Source: Myxococcales bacterium (GTDB lineage: Bacteria; Myxococcota_A; UBA9042). From it: 32,971 nucleotides of DNA. The stretch covers positions 1-32,971 of the forward strand of contig JBBISH010000074.1 of NCBI GenBank assembly GCA_037441385.1, in the 5' to 3' direction. Below are positions 21,292-32,971 of this stretch, piece by piece (position 1 is the first letter of the stretch; each line of letters begins with the position of its first letter). A program made the translations under genes and the position numbers. The notes under the pieces are model-generated. The model saw nothing but the letters and a program-made list of their open reading frames with translations. It was not told where the DNA came from and did not search any database.

Positions 21292-22875
<1,584 letters not shown>

Positions 22876-22942
22876 GCCCGGTAACCCTTTGGCGAATCCC
22901 TGGGTTGGCCGCGTGCCGCCCAGGCGGTAGAAGGACGAGTCC

Positions 22943-23833
22943 ATGCCGAGCTTGAAAGCAATTCGGCGCCGCATCACCTCGGTGAAGTCCACGGGTAAGA
23001 TCACCCGCGCGATGAAGCTGGTGGCGACGGCCAAGCTGCGCAAGGCCCAAGAGCGCTTGCTGCAGATGCGGCCGTACGCGATGCGACTGTCGGAAATGAT
23101 TTCGGAACTGGCCGCAGGTACCGACCCCGAGTCGAGCCCGCTGCTGGCGACGCGGCCGCCCAAGCGCACCCTGATGCTGGTGCTGACCTCGGACCGCGGT
23201 CTGGCGGGCGCCTACAACGCCAACGTCAACCGCGCCGCCTGGTCGTGGGTGCAGCGCTACAAAGACAAGCGCGAGCACATCGAGCTGCGCATCGTGGGCA
23301 AGAAGGGCCGCGACTACTTCAAGTCGCGCGCCGTGACGACGGGCCACGTTTATACCGATGTGCTGCACAACCTGACCCAGGACCGCGCCACCCACATCGG
23401 CCGCGAGCTGGTGGCGGCGTACGTCGATGGGCACTTTGACGAAGTGTTCATCGTGTACAACGAGTTCAAGTCCGCCATCGCGCAAAAGGTGCAGGTGCAG
23501 CGGTTGCTGCCGATTCAGCCCGAGCCGTGGTCCGAAGACGCGCCGGCGCACGAGAAGCCGGTTCGGCCGACCGTCGATACCATCTTCGAGCCCAGCAAGC
23601 AGGCCGTACTCGAAGCGATTCTGCCGCTGTCGATTCACGTCCACGTCTACCGGGCGCTGCTCGAGTCGGTCGCGTCGGAGATGGGCGCGCGTATGACCGC
23701 TATGGACGCGGCCACCAAGAACGCCGGCGAGCTGCTGGCGCGCATCACGCTGCAGTACAACCGCGCCCGTCAGGCGATCATTACCACCGAACTCATGGAA
23801 ATCACGTCGGGTGCCGAAGCGCTCAAGGGCTAG
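22943..23833 (+). CDS. atpG: ATP synthase F1 subunit gamma
   Basis: KITRAMKLVA, TSDRGLAG, YNRARQAIITTELMEI. Confidence 0.98.
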   Translation: MPSLKAIRRRITSVKSTGKITRAMKLVATAKLRKAQERLLQMRPYAMRLSEMISELAAGTDPESSPLLATRPPKRTLMLVLTSDRGLAGAYNANVNRAAWSWVQRYKDKREHIELRIVGKKGRDYFKSRAVTTGHVYTDVLHNLTQDRATHIGRELVAAYVDGHFDEVFIVYNEFKSAIAQKVQVQRLLPIQPEPWSEDAPAHEKPVRPTVDTIFEPSKQAVLEAILPLSIHVHVYRALLESVASEMGARMTAMDAATKNAGELLARITLQYNRARQAIITTELMEITSGAEALKG

Positions 23834-25375
<1,542 letters not shown>

Positions 25376-25450
25376 TCGTGGGTCGCTAGCTTGCCCCACA
25401 GAACTTCGTTCGGCCGCGACTTTTTGGGTTATTGAATCCGAGGGATTGCC

Positions 25451-25861
25451 ATGCAGGTCACCATCGTCACGCCGCAGGGTGTGAAATTTGCCGGCGAAGC
25501 GCAGAGCGTCGTGGCGCCGTCCGTTTCGGGCGACGTGGGCGTCTTGCCGGGTCACCAGCCCCTGATGGCGGCGCTGCGCACCGGCGAGGCCGTGGTGACG
25601 GTACCGGGGCAAGAGCCCCTGCACCTGGTGATCGACGGCGGCTATGTCCACGTGATCAGCGGAGATCACGTCAGCATCGTCACCGAACTGTGCGAGGGTT
25701 GGCACGAAATCGATCAGGCCAAGGCCAAGAGCGACCTGGACGAAGCCACGGCCGAGCTGGCGGGCACTCGCGATGACATCGCTTCGCAGACCTGGATGGC
25801 GCGCAAGCACCGCGTCGATCTGGCCACCACCCGCCTGCGTGTGGTCGCGAGCAAGCCCTAG
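25451..25861 (+). CDS. atpC: ATP synthase F1 subunit epsilon
   Basis: IVTPQG, GDVGVLPGHQP, IDGGY, C-terminal helical hairpin. Confidence 0.95.
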   Translation: MQVTIVTPQGVKFAGEAQSVVAPSVSGDVGVLPGHQPLMAALRTGEAVVTVPGQEPLHLVIDGGYVHVISGDHVSIVTELCEGWHEIDQAKAKSDLDEATAELAGTRDDIASQTWMARKHRVDLATTRLRVVASKP

Positions 25862-25891
25862 CCCTTTCCAAGCCACGCGAGGTCCAGCACC

Positions 25892-26926
25892 GTGACCAGA
25901 CCTTTTGCAGTCACGGCGCTGGCTTACTGGAAACTCTGCAAAGTTTGCGCACTTCTTCTGCTGGCTCCGGTCGTCAGTGCCTGCACGACCTCGCGGCCTG
26001 TGCTGATTTGGCGCGAAGGCTGGCAGGCCGAGCAGCGCGGCGACCTGGGCGTGGCCGAACGGCGCTACCAAGAGGCTTACAGCCTGGATGGCTCGCTGCT
26101 GGGCGTCGCGTGCAACCGCTTGCGACTGCTGGCGCGGCAGCCCGACCGGCTGCCCGAAGCGCGTGAATTGGCCGAAAAGCTGATGAAATCAAAAGGCACC
26201 GAACCGGAGGCCGCCACTTGCGCCTCGATGTTCGCCTTGGTTGACGGCGACGCGGCGTTGGCGCAGAAACGATTGGTGTCGGTGCGCGCGCTGAAACCCG
26301 TCGACACCCCGGAAGTGCGCCAAAACCTTGCCGCCGCGCGGTTGGTGGTGGCGGCGGCCAGTGGGCGCTGGCAAGAGGCGCTGGATGTGGCCGATCTTCC
26401 TGGCGAGGGCACCGCGGTGCAGCAGGGCAGGGCGATCGCCAAGTGGAACAGCAAGTTACCCGATGCGGAGCCGCTGCCGCCCGACCTGCCCGAGCTGGCG
26501 GCCTGGCGTGCGGCCGAGCGCGGCGATTGGGCGGCCCTGCGCAAGACCTTGGAAGCGGTTCCCCGCCGCTCGCCCATCCTGCAAGCTTTGCTGGCGTGGT
26601 CCGTTCTGCAGCTGGGCGACCCGGCCGCGGCCCTGCAGCTGGCCGCTGATGGCGCACAGCGCGCGCCTGCCGATGGTTTTTGCCAAGAAACTTGGGGCGT
26701 GGCTGCACTCGCCGCCGGACAAGCCAGCTTGGCCGTGCAAGTATTGGCGGCGGCCACGCTGCATTCGTCGGGCTGGACGGCGTTTTTCCACTTGGGTTTG
26801 GCCCAGATCCAGGTGGGGGACCTGCCGGCCGCGATGGCGGCGTTCGAGCAGGCCAGCCTGCGTTGCCCCACCTGCGCCCCGGCCGTCCGCAATCGCGACG
26901 CGCTGCGAAGCGCCGGGCTCCGCTGA
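25892..26926 (+). CDS. TPR-repeat putative lipoprotein
   Basis: LLAPVVSA-C lipobox-like; TPR-like helices such as AFFHLGLAQIQVGDLPAAMAAFEQA. Confidence 0.75.
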   Translation: MTRPFAVTALAYWKLCKVCALLLLAPVVSACTTSRPVLIWREGWQAEQRGDLGVAERRYQEAYSLDGSLLGVACNRLRLLARQPDRLPEARELAEKLMKSKGTEPEAATCASMFALVDGDAALAQKRLVSVRALKPVDTPEVRQNLAAARLVVAAASGRWQEALDVADLPGEGTAVQQGRAIAKWNSKLPDAEPLPPDLPELAAWRAAERGDWAALRKTLEAVPRRSPILQALLAWSVLQLGDPAAALQLAADGAQRAPADGFCQETWGVAALAAGQASLAVQVLAAATLHSSGWTAFFHLGLAQIQVGDLPAAMAAFEQASLRCPTCAPAVRNRDALRSAGLR

Positions 26927-27003
26927 CCTTTTTGGATTGTGGCCGCTGGGCTTTCTTGCTACAAACCAGACTCTAGCCGCTCGCGGCGCCAACCGAGGTC
27001 CCG

Positions 27004-28623
27004 ATGAATCCAACCAAGACCCTGCAACGCGGCCTGACTGCTTTGCTTCTGGCGACCACCGCCCTGACGGGCGCGGGCTGCGACGAAAAGAAGAAGGAAG
27101 GCAGCAAAGAGGACGTGGGCAACAAGTGCCTGGCTGATCTGATGGATTCGCGCCGCACGCGCTCGACCTCGGCCCTACCGACCAGCGACGAGGGCGGCGA
27201 AGACGAGCACCCTTGGCTGGCCTGGATCAAGAAGACCGCTTCGGTGGGTCAAGCCTCGGATTTCAAAGCTTGTTCTATCAAGGGCGAAGGCACGCCGGTC
27301 GAAGAGACGGCCGACACGCTCGAGCGGATGTACGCCAAGCAGCGCGACTTCTTCGCGAACGAAAAGGCCGCGCCGCGCGAGTACCTAGCCGAACTGGAAG
27401 GCGCCCGCCGGGTGAGCAAAGGCAAACCGTGGGAAGCCGATGTGGAATTCGACTACCTGTTCTTCCATGCGGCGCGGCTGGCCAACAGCTGGACCCTGCT
27501 GCAAGCCAACCCCCGCGATGACCGCGTAACGCTGTTCTTTACCTACGAATTGGTCCTGTGGGACGCCAAGGCCGAGACCTCGTTCTACGAAGACGAGATC
27601 AGCAAACTCTGCAAAGAGAAGGTGCCGGGCTACTGCACCAAGATTCCCATGGAGGATCAGCCGTTCGCCATCACCAAGCCCTACTTCGAGCAGGTTGGCA
27701 AGAAGTTCTTGGATTTCAAGACCAAGTACCCGCAGAGCCCGTATGCGGCCTTTGCCGAGCGCATCGCCAAGGTCTACGAGGCGCGCGCCGCCAAGGTGCC
27801 CGACTACCCCGAGTACCCGATCCTGCCGCCGATCCGCTCGACCAAGCCGGCGCCCTACAGCGGCAACGCCACCCTGATGGTCACGGCCGCCAAAGGCTTG
27901 AGCCTGATGGACAATCTGCTGCGCTCGCCCACGCCGCTGCCTGTGAAGGAAGGCGAGAAGCCCAAGCCGCTGTGGAAGGCTGACTACGCCGCCGACCCGG
28001 CTTTGGTCAAGGAAGTGCAGCAGTTGGCGCAGGATGTGCGCGCGTCGACCGTCTCGCAGTTCAACCAGTCGATGATCTTCGTAGTCGCTGAAGAAAAGGT
28101 GCCGGTCGGGTTCCTCGAGCCCTTGCTGCGCGCGACCATCGAAGGCGAAAACAGCAAGAATTGGCCCACGTTCATGCTGGTCGGCCGCCGCCGCGCCGAT
28201 GGCACCAACCGCCGCTCGGGATTTGTCGCCTCGCTGAACAAGTCCAACGAGGTGGTCAAGTTCAAGTTCAAGAGCCCGGCAGGCAAGGCGATGGCGTGCG
28301 AGGCGTGGGCGGCGATCGGCAAGGAGCAACTGACCGGCCTTGGCTTCAAGCCGATCATTTGGCACGACGGCACCCAGATCCACACGGGCCGTTTGGACGA
28401 GAGCGGGACCATGACCGGTGTGCAGTCGGCGCCGGGCCACGGCGAGGGCGATCGGCTGGAGTCGTGGGTCGATCAGCAGTCGACCTCGGTGGTGGTGGCG
28501 GTGCCGCCGACCGCGACCTACGCGCAGTGGCTCGAAGCGCTGAACGGCGTGGCATTCAAGTGCGAAAAAGACGAGTGCACCACCGAGCGGGCAGTCAAGA
28601 TCTTCCTGGCCACCTGCAAGTAG
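27004..28623 (+). CDS. Hypothetical lipoprotein with possible tandem ExbD/TolR-like C-terminal domains
   Basis: GAGG RBS; ALTGAG-C lipobox; GC3-rich codon usage; two segments resembling the ExbD/TolR periplasmic beta-alpha motif. Confidence 0.8.
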   Translation: MNPTKTLQRGLTALLLATTALTGAGCDEKKKEGSKEDVGNKCLADLMDSRRTRSTSALPTSDEGGEDEHPWLAWIKKTASVGQASDFKACSIKGEGTPVEETADTLERMYAKQRDFFANEKAAPREYLAELEGARRVSKGKPWEADVEFDYLFFHAARLANSWTLLQANPRDDRVTLFFTYELVLWDAKAETSFYEDEISKLCKEKVPGYCTKIPMEDQPFAITKPYFEQVGKKFLDFKTKYPQSPYAAFAERIAKVYEARAAKVPDYPEYPILPPIRSTKPAPYSGNATLMVTAAKGLSLMDNLLRSPTPLPVKEGEKPKPLWKADYAADPALVKEVQQLAQDVRASTVSQFNQSMIFVVAEEKVPVGFLEPLLRATIEGENSKNWPTFMLVGRRRADGTNRRSGFVASLNKSNEVVKFKFKSPAGKAMACEAWAAIGKEQLTGLGFKPIIWHDGTQIHTGRLDESGTMTGVQSAPGHGEGDRLESWVDQQSTSVVVAVPPTATYAQWLEALNGVAFKCEKDECTTERAVKIFLATCK

Positions 28624-28632
28624 AGTGCGCGG

Positions 28633-29796
28633 TCAAGAAAACAGTTCCCGAATCAGAACCTTGCCGTCAGCGACCAACTGCCGACCGCCGGCCCACACAT
28701 GCTGGGCTCGGCCCTGATCGTCCAGCGCCACCAGGTCGGCGTCGGCGCCCGCAGCGATCCGGCCCTTGCGGTGGAAGCGGAACAGCGTCGCCACGTTGCG
28801 CGTCACCATCGGCAACACGGTCGCCAGCGGCACACCGGCCTCGACCACCTGCGCCAGCGTGGTCAACAGGCCCGCCGAATCGCCCACATCCATGTGGAGC
28901 AGCACGCCATCGCCGTCAAAGGTGGGCAGGCAACCGCCACCGTCCGAGCTGATGGTCAAACGAGCTGGATCTGCACCACTTTCCAGCCAGCTGAGCACCG
29001 CTTGCCGCGCGTCCAGGCTGTCTTCGTCGGCGTCAAACGTCGTCACGTCCACGTACAGGCCGCGCGCCAGGCTCAACTCGACCGCCTCGCCCCACAGGCG
29101 CTTCTGGCGATTGCAGTGGGTGGGGTGGAACGTGCGCGCCGGAAGCTCAGAGGATTCTAGCGCCTTGCGCACCAGATCGAGCCCGCGCGGCCCATCACCC
29201 AGGTGCAGGTGCAGCAAGCCGGCCTTGCCGGTCATCATGCCGGCGACGTGGCAATCCGACGCAATGCGTAGGATCTCGTCGAGCGTCGGCTGCGAGCTGC
29301 GGTGATCCGAGATGGCCAGCTCGCCCACGGCCACCAGCCGATCGTTGTGGACCAAGTCGCCGCGCACGCTGCCCGTGAGCGTCGTCAGCGGGATCTGATA
29401 CGAACCCGTGTAGCAGTAGGTTGTGATGCCATAGTGTTCGATGGCTCGGGCGCACGCCAGCGATTCCGCGATGCTGCGGGTCGTGCCGTCGGTGCCCAGC
29501 AGGCCCACCGCGGTGGTCACACCCGCGGCCGCCAGCGCCGAGGCCCGTGCGGCCGGCACCCGCGTGTGGGCTCCAGCCTCGCCGCCCCCGCCGGTCAAAT
29601 GAACATGCGCGTCGATCAGGCCCGGAATCAGCCGAGCGCCCTGCAGATCCAGGACGCGACACGGCCAGTCGGCGGGCGGCGCTTCCAGGTAAGCAGCCAG
29701 GGCGGCGACTTGGCCTCCCGCCAGCAAAACATCGGCCGTCCCGGCGTCGTCGGGCGTGAACACATGCGCATTTCGAAGGAGCGTCAAGGTCGTCAT
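28633..29796 (-). CDS. iadA: Beta-aspartyl peptidase (isoaspartyl dipeptidase)
   Basis: PGLIDAHVHLTGGGGEAG, GLLGTDG, YTGSY, GELAISDHRSSQP, HLHLGDG, PTHCNR, SSDGGG. Confidence 0.95.
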   Translation of the reverse strand: MTTLTLLRNAHVFTPDDAGTADVLLAGGQVAALAAYLEAPPADWPCRVLDLQGARLIPGLIDAHVHLTGGGGEAGAHTRVPAARASALAAAGVTTAVGLLGTDGTTRSIAESLACARAIEHYGITTYCYTGSYQIPLTTLTGSVRGDLVHNDRLVAVGELAISDHRSSQPTLDEILRIASDCHVAGMMTGKAGLLHLHLGDGPRGLDLVRKALESSELPARTFHPTHCNRQKRLWGEAVELSLARGLYVDVTTFDADEDSLDARQAVLSWLESGADPARLTISSDGGGCLPTFDGDGVLLHMDVGDSAGLLTTLAQVVEAGVPLATVLPMVTRNVATLFRFHRKGRIAAGADADLVALDDQGRAQHVWAGGRQLVADGKVLIRELFS

Positions 29797-29906
29797 GCCC
29801 AGACAGTAGACCCGCGACGGCCGCCTGACAAGGCGCGGGGAGTTGACATCGACCGGGGGCACAGCGACGCTTGTCCAATGGGTAGTCCCAGCAAAGCGAG
29901 TGTGCG

Positions 29907-30284
29907 GTGAGCGAACGTCCAGCCCGATTCCACCAGTCCTGGCGCGCCGCTCGATTTGGCTTGGCCGTGGCCCTTGCTCTCGGCGGGGGCTGCTCCGCTG
30001 CGCAAGTGGCCGCGCCGGCTCCAGAGCCGCTTCAGTCGGCGCGCGAGGTTCCCTGCTCGGATGCCCCGGCGCCCAGTTCGGCCATTCCGCCTGCGCCCGC
30101 GGCCGAGGAACCGGCCGCCAAGGCTCCAGAAGAAGCACCGCAAGACGAATCGGCGCCCGAGCCCCCGGCTGCCTCGGCCGGCCTGGGCGACGACGGTGAC
30201 GATGGCGACGACGGCGAATCCACGGCCACGCGCCTGGGCCGTGCCGCCCAGTCCAGCCGTGCTCCGGCTCGATCGACGCCGTGA
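29907..30284 (+). CDS. Small P/A/E/D-rich putative lipoprotein (probably disordered)
   Basis: FGLAVALALGGG-C lipobox-like; GTGA overlap with the radical SAM start; low-complexity sequence. Confidence 0.55.
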   Translation: MSERPARFHQSWRAARFGLAVALALGGGCSAAQVAAPAPEPLQSAREVPCSDAPAPSSAIPPAPAAEEPAAKAPEEAPQDESAPEPPAASAGLGDDGDDGDDGESTATRLGRAAQSSRAPARSTP

Positions 30285-31612
30285 ACCCCCCGCCCACGGA
30301 TCGCCGCACGGATGTCGCCGCCTCGGCCGCCCTGCGCCGGGTGACCGTCGTGCAGGCGCAGGTGATGTACACCTGCAACAACCACTGCTGGTTCTGCTTG
30401 GATCGCAGCGAGGTCGACGGCGAATTCCACGGCGGTCCGGCGATCGTGCCCTTCGCCCGCGTCGAGGCGCTGCTGCGGCAAGAGCGGGCCCGGGCCGACG
30501 CCGTCATGTTCACCCATGGCGAACCGACCCTGCACCCGCAGCTGGCTCAGATGCTCAGCCTGGCCCGCGAGCTGGGCTATTCGCAGCGCGGGGTGGTGAC
30601 CAATGGCCGCAAGCTGGCGGACGCGCGTCTGGCGCGCGCGCTGTGCCAGGCTGGCGCCAACCGCTTTGTCGTGTCGATCCACGGCGCCACCGCGGCCGTG
30701 CACGATGCTTGCGTGGGCCGCCCGGCGTTTGCCCAAGCCAGCGTGGGACTGCAGAACTTGGCGCAGCTCAAGGTGGAATTCGGCTTGCAGCTGGCTTCGT
30801 CCACGGTGGTGAGCCGGCTCAACTTGGCCGAGATCGCCGACTGCGTTCGCTATCTGGCCGAGGCGGGGGTCGGGCAGATCGTCTTGAACATCGTGCGGCC
30901 AACCGGTCATGCCGCCAAGCATTTCGCGCAAGTCGTGCCGCGCTACCGCGAGGTAGTCGGGCAATTGGCGCCGCTCTTGGCGAGCCAGCCCCAACTGGCG
31001 CAGCGGGTGGTGGTCGAAGACATTGCGCCCTGTGCCGCCGAGCCGCTTGCGCCGTGGCTGGGGGTGCTCGAGTCGTGGCTGGTGCCCGCGGGCGACGAAA
31101 GTGCAGCTGCGCCCCGCTCGATCGATCTGCAGCGCAGCGGTGGTGCGCAGGAGCAGGAGCTGGCCGCGGTCGAGCAGGGTGTGGGTGGCGATCTGCGCAA
31201 GCGCCCCGAATGCCGCAGCTGCGTTCACGATCGCCATTGTTGGGGCGTCTGGGGCCGCTATGTCGAAGCGTACGGTTGGGACGAGTTTACCCCCACCGCG
31301 GCTGCGCCAACCGGGCACAGCGCATTTGCCCAGCGGGTCGCCAAGGCAGCTGCGGCCGACCGTCTGCAGGCCACGCTGCCGTTGGGGCACAGCCTGCTGA
31401 GTTGGACCCTGGACGAGCGCCGCGAGCGGCTGCTGTTCGAAGTGGCGTTGACCCAAGATCGCCTGACGCTGTGTTTGGAGCCAGACGTGGCGGACCAACC
31501 GGCTTTGCGGCGCGGCGGCGGCCTCCGGCTGTCGCACCAAGGCCGGCGCAACCTGGGGCCGGTCGAGCTGCAGTTGATCGCGCGGATCTTTGCGGCAATC
31601 CTTGCTCCATAG
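30281..31612 (+). CDS. Radical SAM protein, HxsC-like, with auxiliary Cys motif and extra C-terminal domain
   Basis: CNNHCWFC, FTHGEPTLHP, VTNGR, VSIHG; later APC and CRSCVHDRHCWGVWGRYVEAYGWDEFTP. Confidence 0.9.
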   Translation: MNPPPTDRRTDVAASAALRRVTVVQAQVMYTCNNHCWFCLDRSEVDGEFHGGPAIVPFARVEALLRQERARADAVMFTHGEPTLHPQLAQMLSLARELGYSQRGVVTNGRKLADARLARALCQAGANRFVVSIHGATAAVHDACVGRPAFAQASVGLQNLAQLKVEFGLQLASSTVVSRLNLAEIADCVRYLAEAGVGQIVLNIVRPTGHAAKHFAQVVPRYREVVGQLAPLLASQPQLAQRVVVEDIAPCAAEPLAPWLGVLESWLVPAGDESAAAPRSIDLQRSGGAQEQELAAVEQGVGGDLRKRPECRSCVHDRHCWGVWGRYVEAYGWDEFTPTAAAPTGHSAFAQRVAKAAAADRLQATLPLGHSLLSWTLDERRERLLFEVALTQDRLTLCLEPDVADQPALRRGGGLRLSHQGRRNLGPVELQLIARIFAAILAP

Positions 31613-31751
31613 GTTGGCGGCGACCCCAGACCCCGCAAAGGCAGCCGGCTCACGCGCCGCCTTCCCACGCGAATTCGCGCCGCGCCGGCACCACAGCTAT
31701 ACTGCAGCCTGCGGCTCGCCCGCCGCCGCCCATGTTCGCGAGGTTTCGCCC

Positions 31752-32971
31752 ATGTCGCTTTTCGCTCCGCTCCCCCGCAGCGCCGCGATCGTCATCGCTC
31801 TGGTCTTGACCGGCGCCGCTGCCGCGTGCTCGTCGTCTGGCGACTCTACCGACGCCAGCTACGCGTTGCCCGACACGGGCGGTGGCGACAGCAACGGCGG
31901 GTTTACACCCATGGACACGCAAGGCGTGCCCGACGAGCAGAGCACACCCGACGAGCAGGTTACGGAACTCGTCATTTTTGATAGTCAATCCAGCGACAGC
32001 GACGACGTCGCGATCCCACCCGACGCCGGAATGGACAACAGCAGCGGCCCCGAAACCGTGGTGCCGATCACCTCGTGCGCCAGCCACTGCGGCGTCTACC
32101 TCGAAAACAACGACTGCCACTGCCACGAGAGTTGCCTGGGCGACGGTTCCTGCTGCTCCGACTTCATGGCCGTGTGCGGCTGCAAGAACGACGCCGCCTG
32201 CGACGACGGCAACGATTGCACCACCGACACCTGCAAGGCGTCTGGCTACTGCTTCCAGCAGCCCATGAAGTCGTGCTGTCTGGCCGACAGCGAGTGCACG
32301 GGCGGCGACGCCTGCCACACCCCCAAATGCATCAGCGGCACTTGCACGCTGCAGCCTATGGACTGCGATGACGGCATCAGTTGCACCCAGGACTTCTGCG
32401 ACGCCGGCAATTGCCAGCACAAGACGGCCGCCACCCAGTGCTTGATCGACGGCCTGTGCCAAAAGGCCGGCGACCAAGATCCCGCGAGCGGCGGTTGCGC
32501 CACCTGCGATCCCGCCAAGAGCCAGACCAGTTGGACGGCCAAGGTCGGGATGTGCGCCGTGGGCGGCGAGTGCGTCAAGTCGGGCGTCGCCAAGTCGGCC
32601 ACCGAGACCTGCGCTATCTGCGATCCCAGCAAGTCCACCTCTGATTGGTCCATCAAATCGGGCACGTGCCTCATCGACGGGGCGTGCTACACCAGCGGCC
32701 AGGCCAACACCGGCAGCGACTGCCAGATCTGCATGCCAACCACCAGCGCCACCAGCTGGAGCGGCAAGTCCGGCACCTGCTCGATCGACGGCGTCTGCTA
32801 CAAGTCCGGCGACAAGGATCCCAACAACGCCTGCCGGTCGTGCGCCCCCAGCAAGTCCACCGTCGCTTGGTCGGTCAGCGCCGGCTTCTGCTTCATCGAG
32901 GGCGTCTGCGTGGCGAGCGGCGGCAAAGAGGCCAGCAGCGGCGGCTGCAAGGTCTGCGACACCAAGACGCC
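31752..32971 (+). CDS. Cysteine-rich repeat lipoprotein with somatomedin-B-like domain; 3'-truncated by the window
   Basis: Not in the ORF track (no stop in the window). GAGG before ATG 31752; MSLFAPLPRSAAIVIALVLTGAAAA-C; acidic linker; SMB-like Cys pattern; CDDGNDCTTDTC repeats; five CxIDGxC...W repeats. Confidence 0.9.
   Translation, partial: MSLFAPLPRSAAIVIALVLTGAAAACSSSGDSTDASYALPDTGGGDSNGGFTPMDTQGVPDEQSTPDEQVTELVIFDSQSSDSDDVAIPPDAGMDNSSGPETVVPITSCASHCGVYLENNDCHCHESCLGDGSCCSDFMAVCGCKNDAACDDGNDCTTDTCKASGYCFQQPMKSCCLADSECTGGDACHTPKCISGTCTLQPMDCDDGISCTQDFCDAGNCQHKTAATQCLIDGLCQKAGDQDPASGGCATCDPAKSQTSWTAKVGMCAVGGECVKSGVAKSATETCAICDPSKSTSDWSIKSGTCLIDGACYTSGQANTGSDCQICMPTTSATSWSGKSGTCSIDGVCYKSGDKDPNNACRSCAPSKSTVAWSVSAGFCFIEGVCVASGGKEASSGGCKVCDTKT

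Noticed and set aside
29907..30284. His-Xaa-Ser (HxsA) precursor peptide
   Set aside because: Only one HQS, within the signal-peptide region; HxsA peptides carry tandem HxS repeats.

Overview
High-GC bacterial chromosomal segment, most consistent with a Myxococcota/deltaproteobacterium-like organism (split ATP synthase operon starting with b'/b, many Cys-rich lipoproteins). Housekeeping content: atpF'-atpF-atpH-atpA-atpG-atpD-atpC, thiC, tRNA-Sec (selC), skp/ompH, a Nudix hydrolase, iadA and a four-gene ABC exporter. Two large Cys-rich lipoprotein genes are missing from the ORF track because they run off the window ends. The left one (<2..3259, minus) has a hierarchical repeat structure. The right one (31752..>32971, plus) has a somatomedin-B-like domain plus two other Cys repeat types. 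The best candidate for an undescribed system is a surface-protein display or export arrangement: a beta-barrel-like gene, a TPR protein with a C-terminal helical hairpin and beta-hairpin, and the giant lipoprotein, with a minimal second copy of the hairpin-gene-plus-lipoprotein pair downstream of thiC. Other leads are a lipoprotein with tandem ExbD/TolR-like domains, a divergent ATP-grasp/AstE-AspA pair and an HxsC-like radical SAM enzyme. No CRISPR array, transposase or integrase was seen. All domain calls come from reading motifs by eye; no searches were run.
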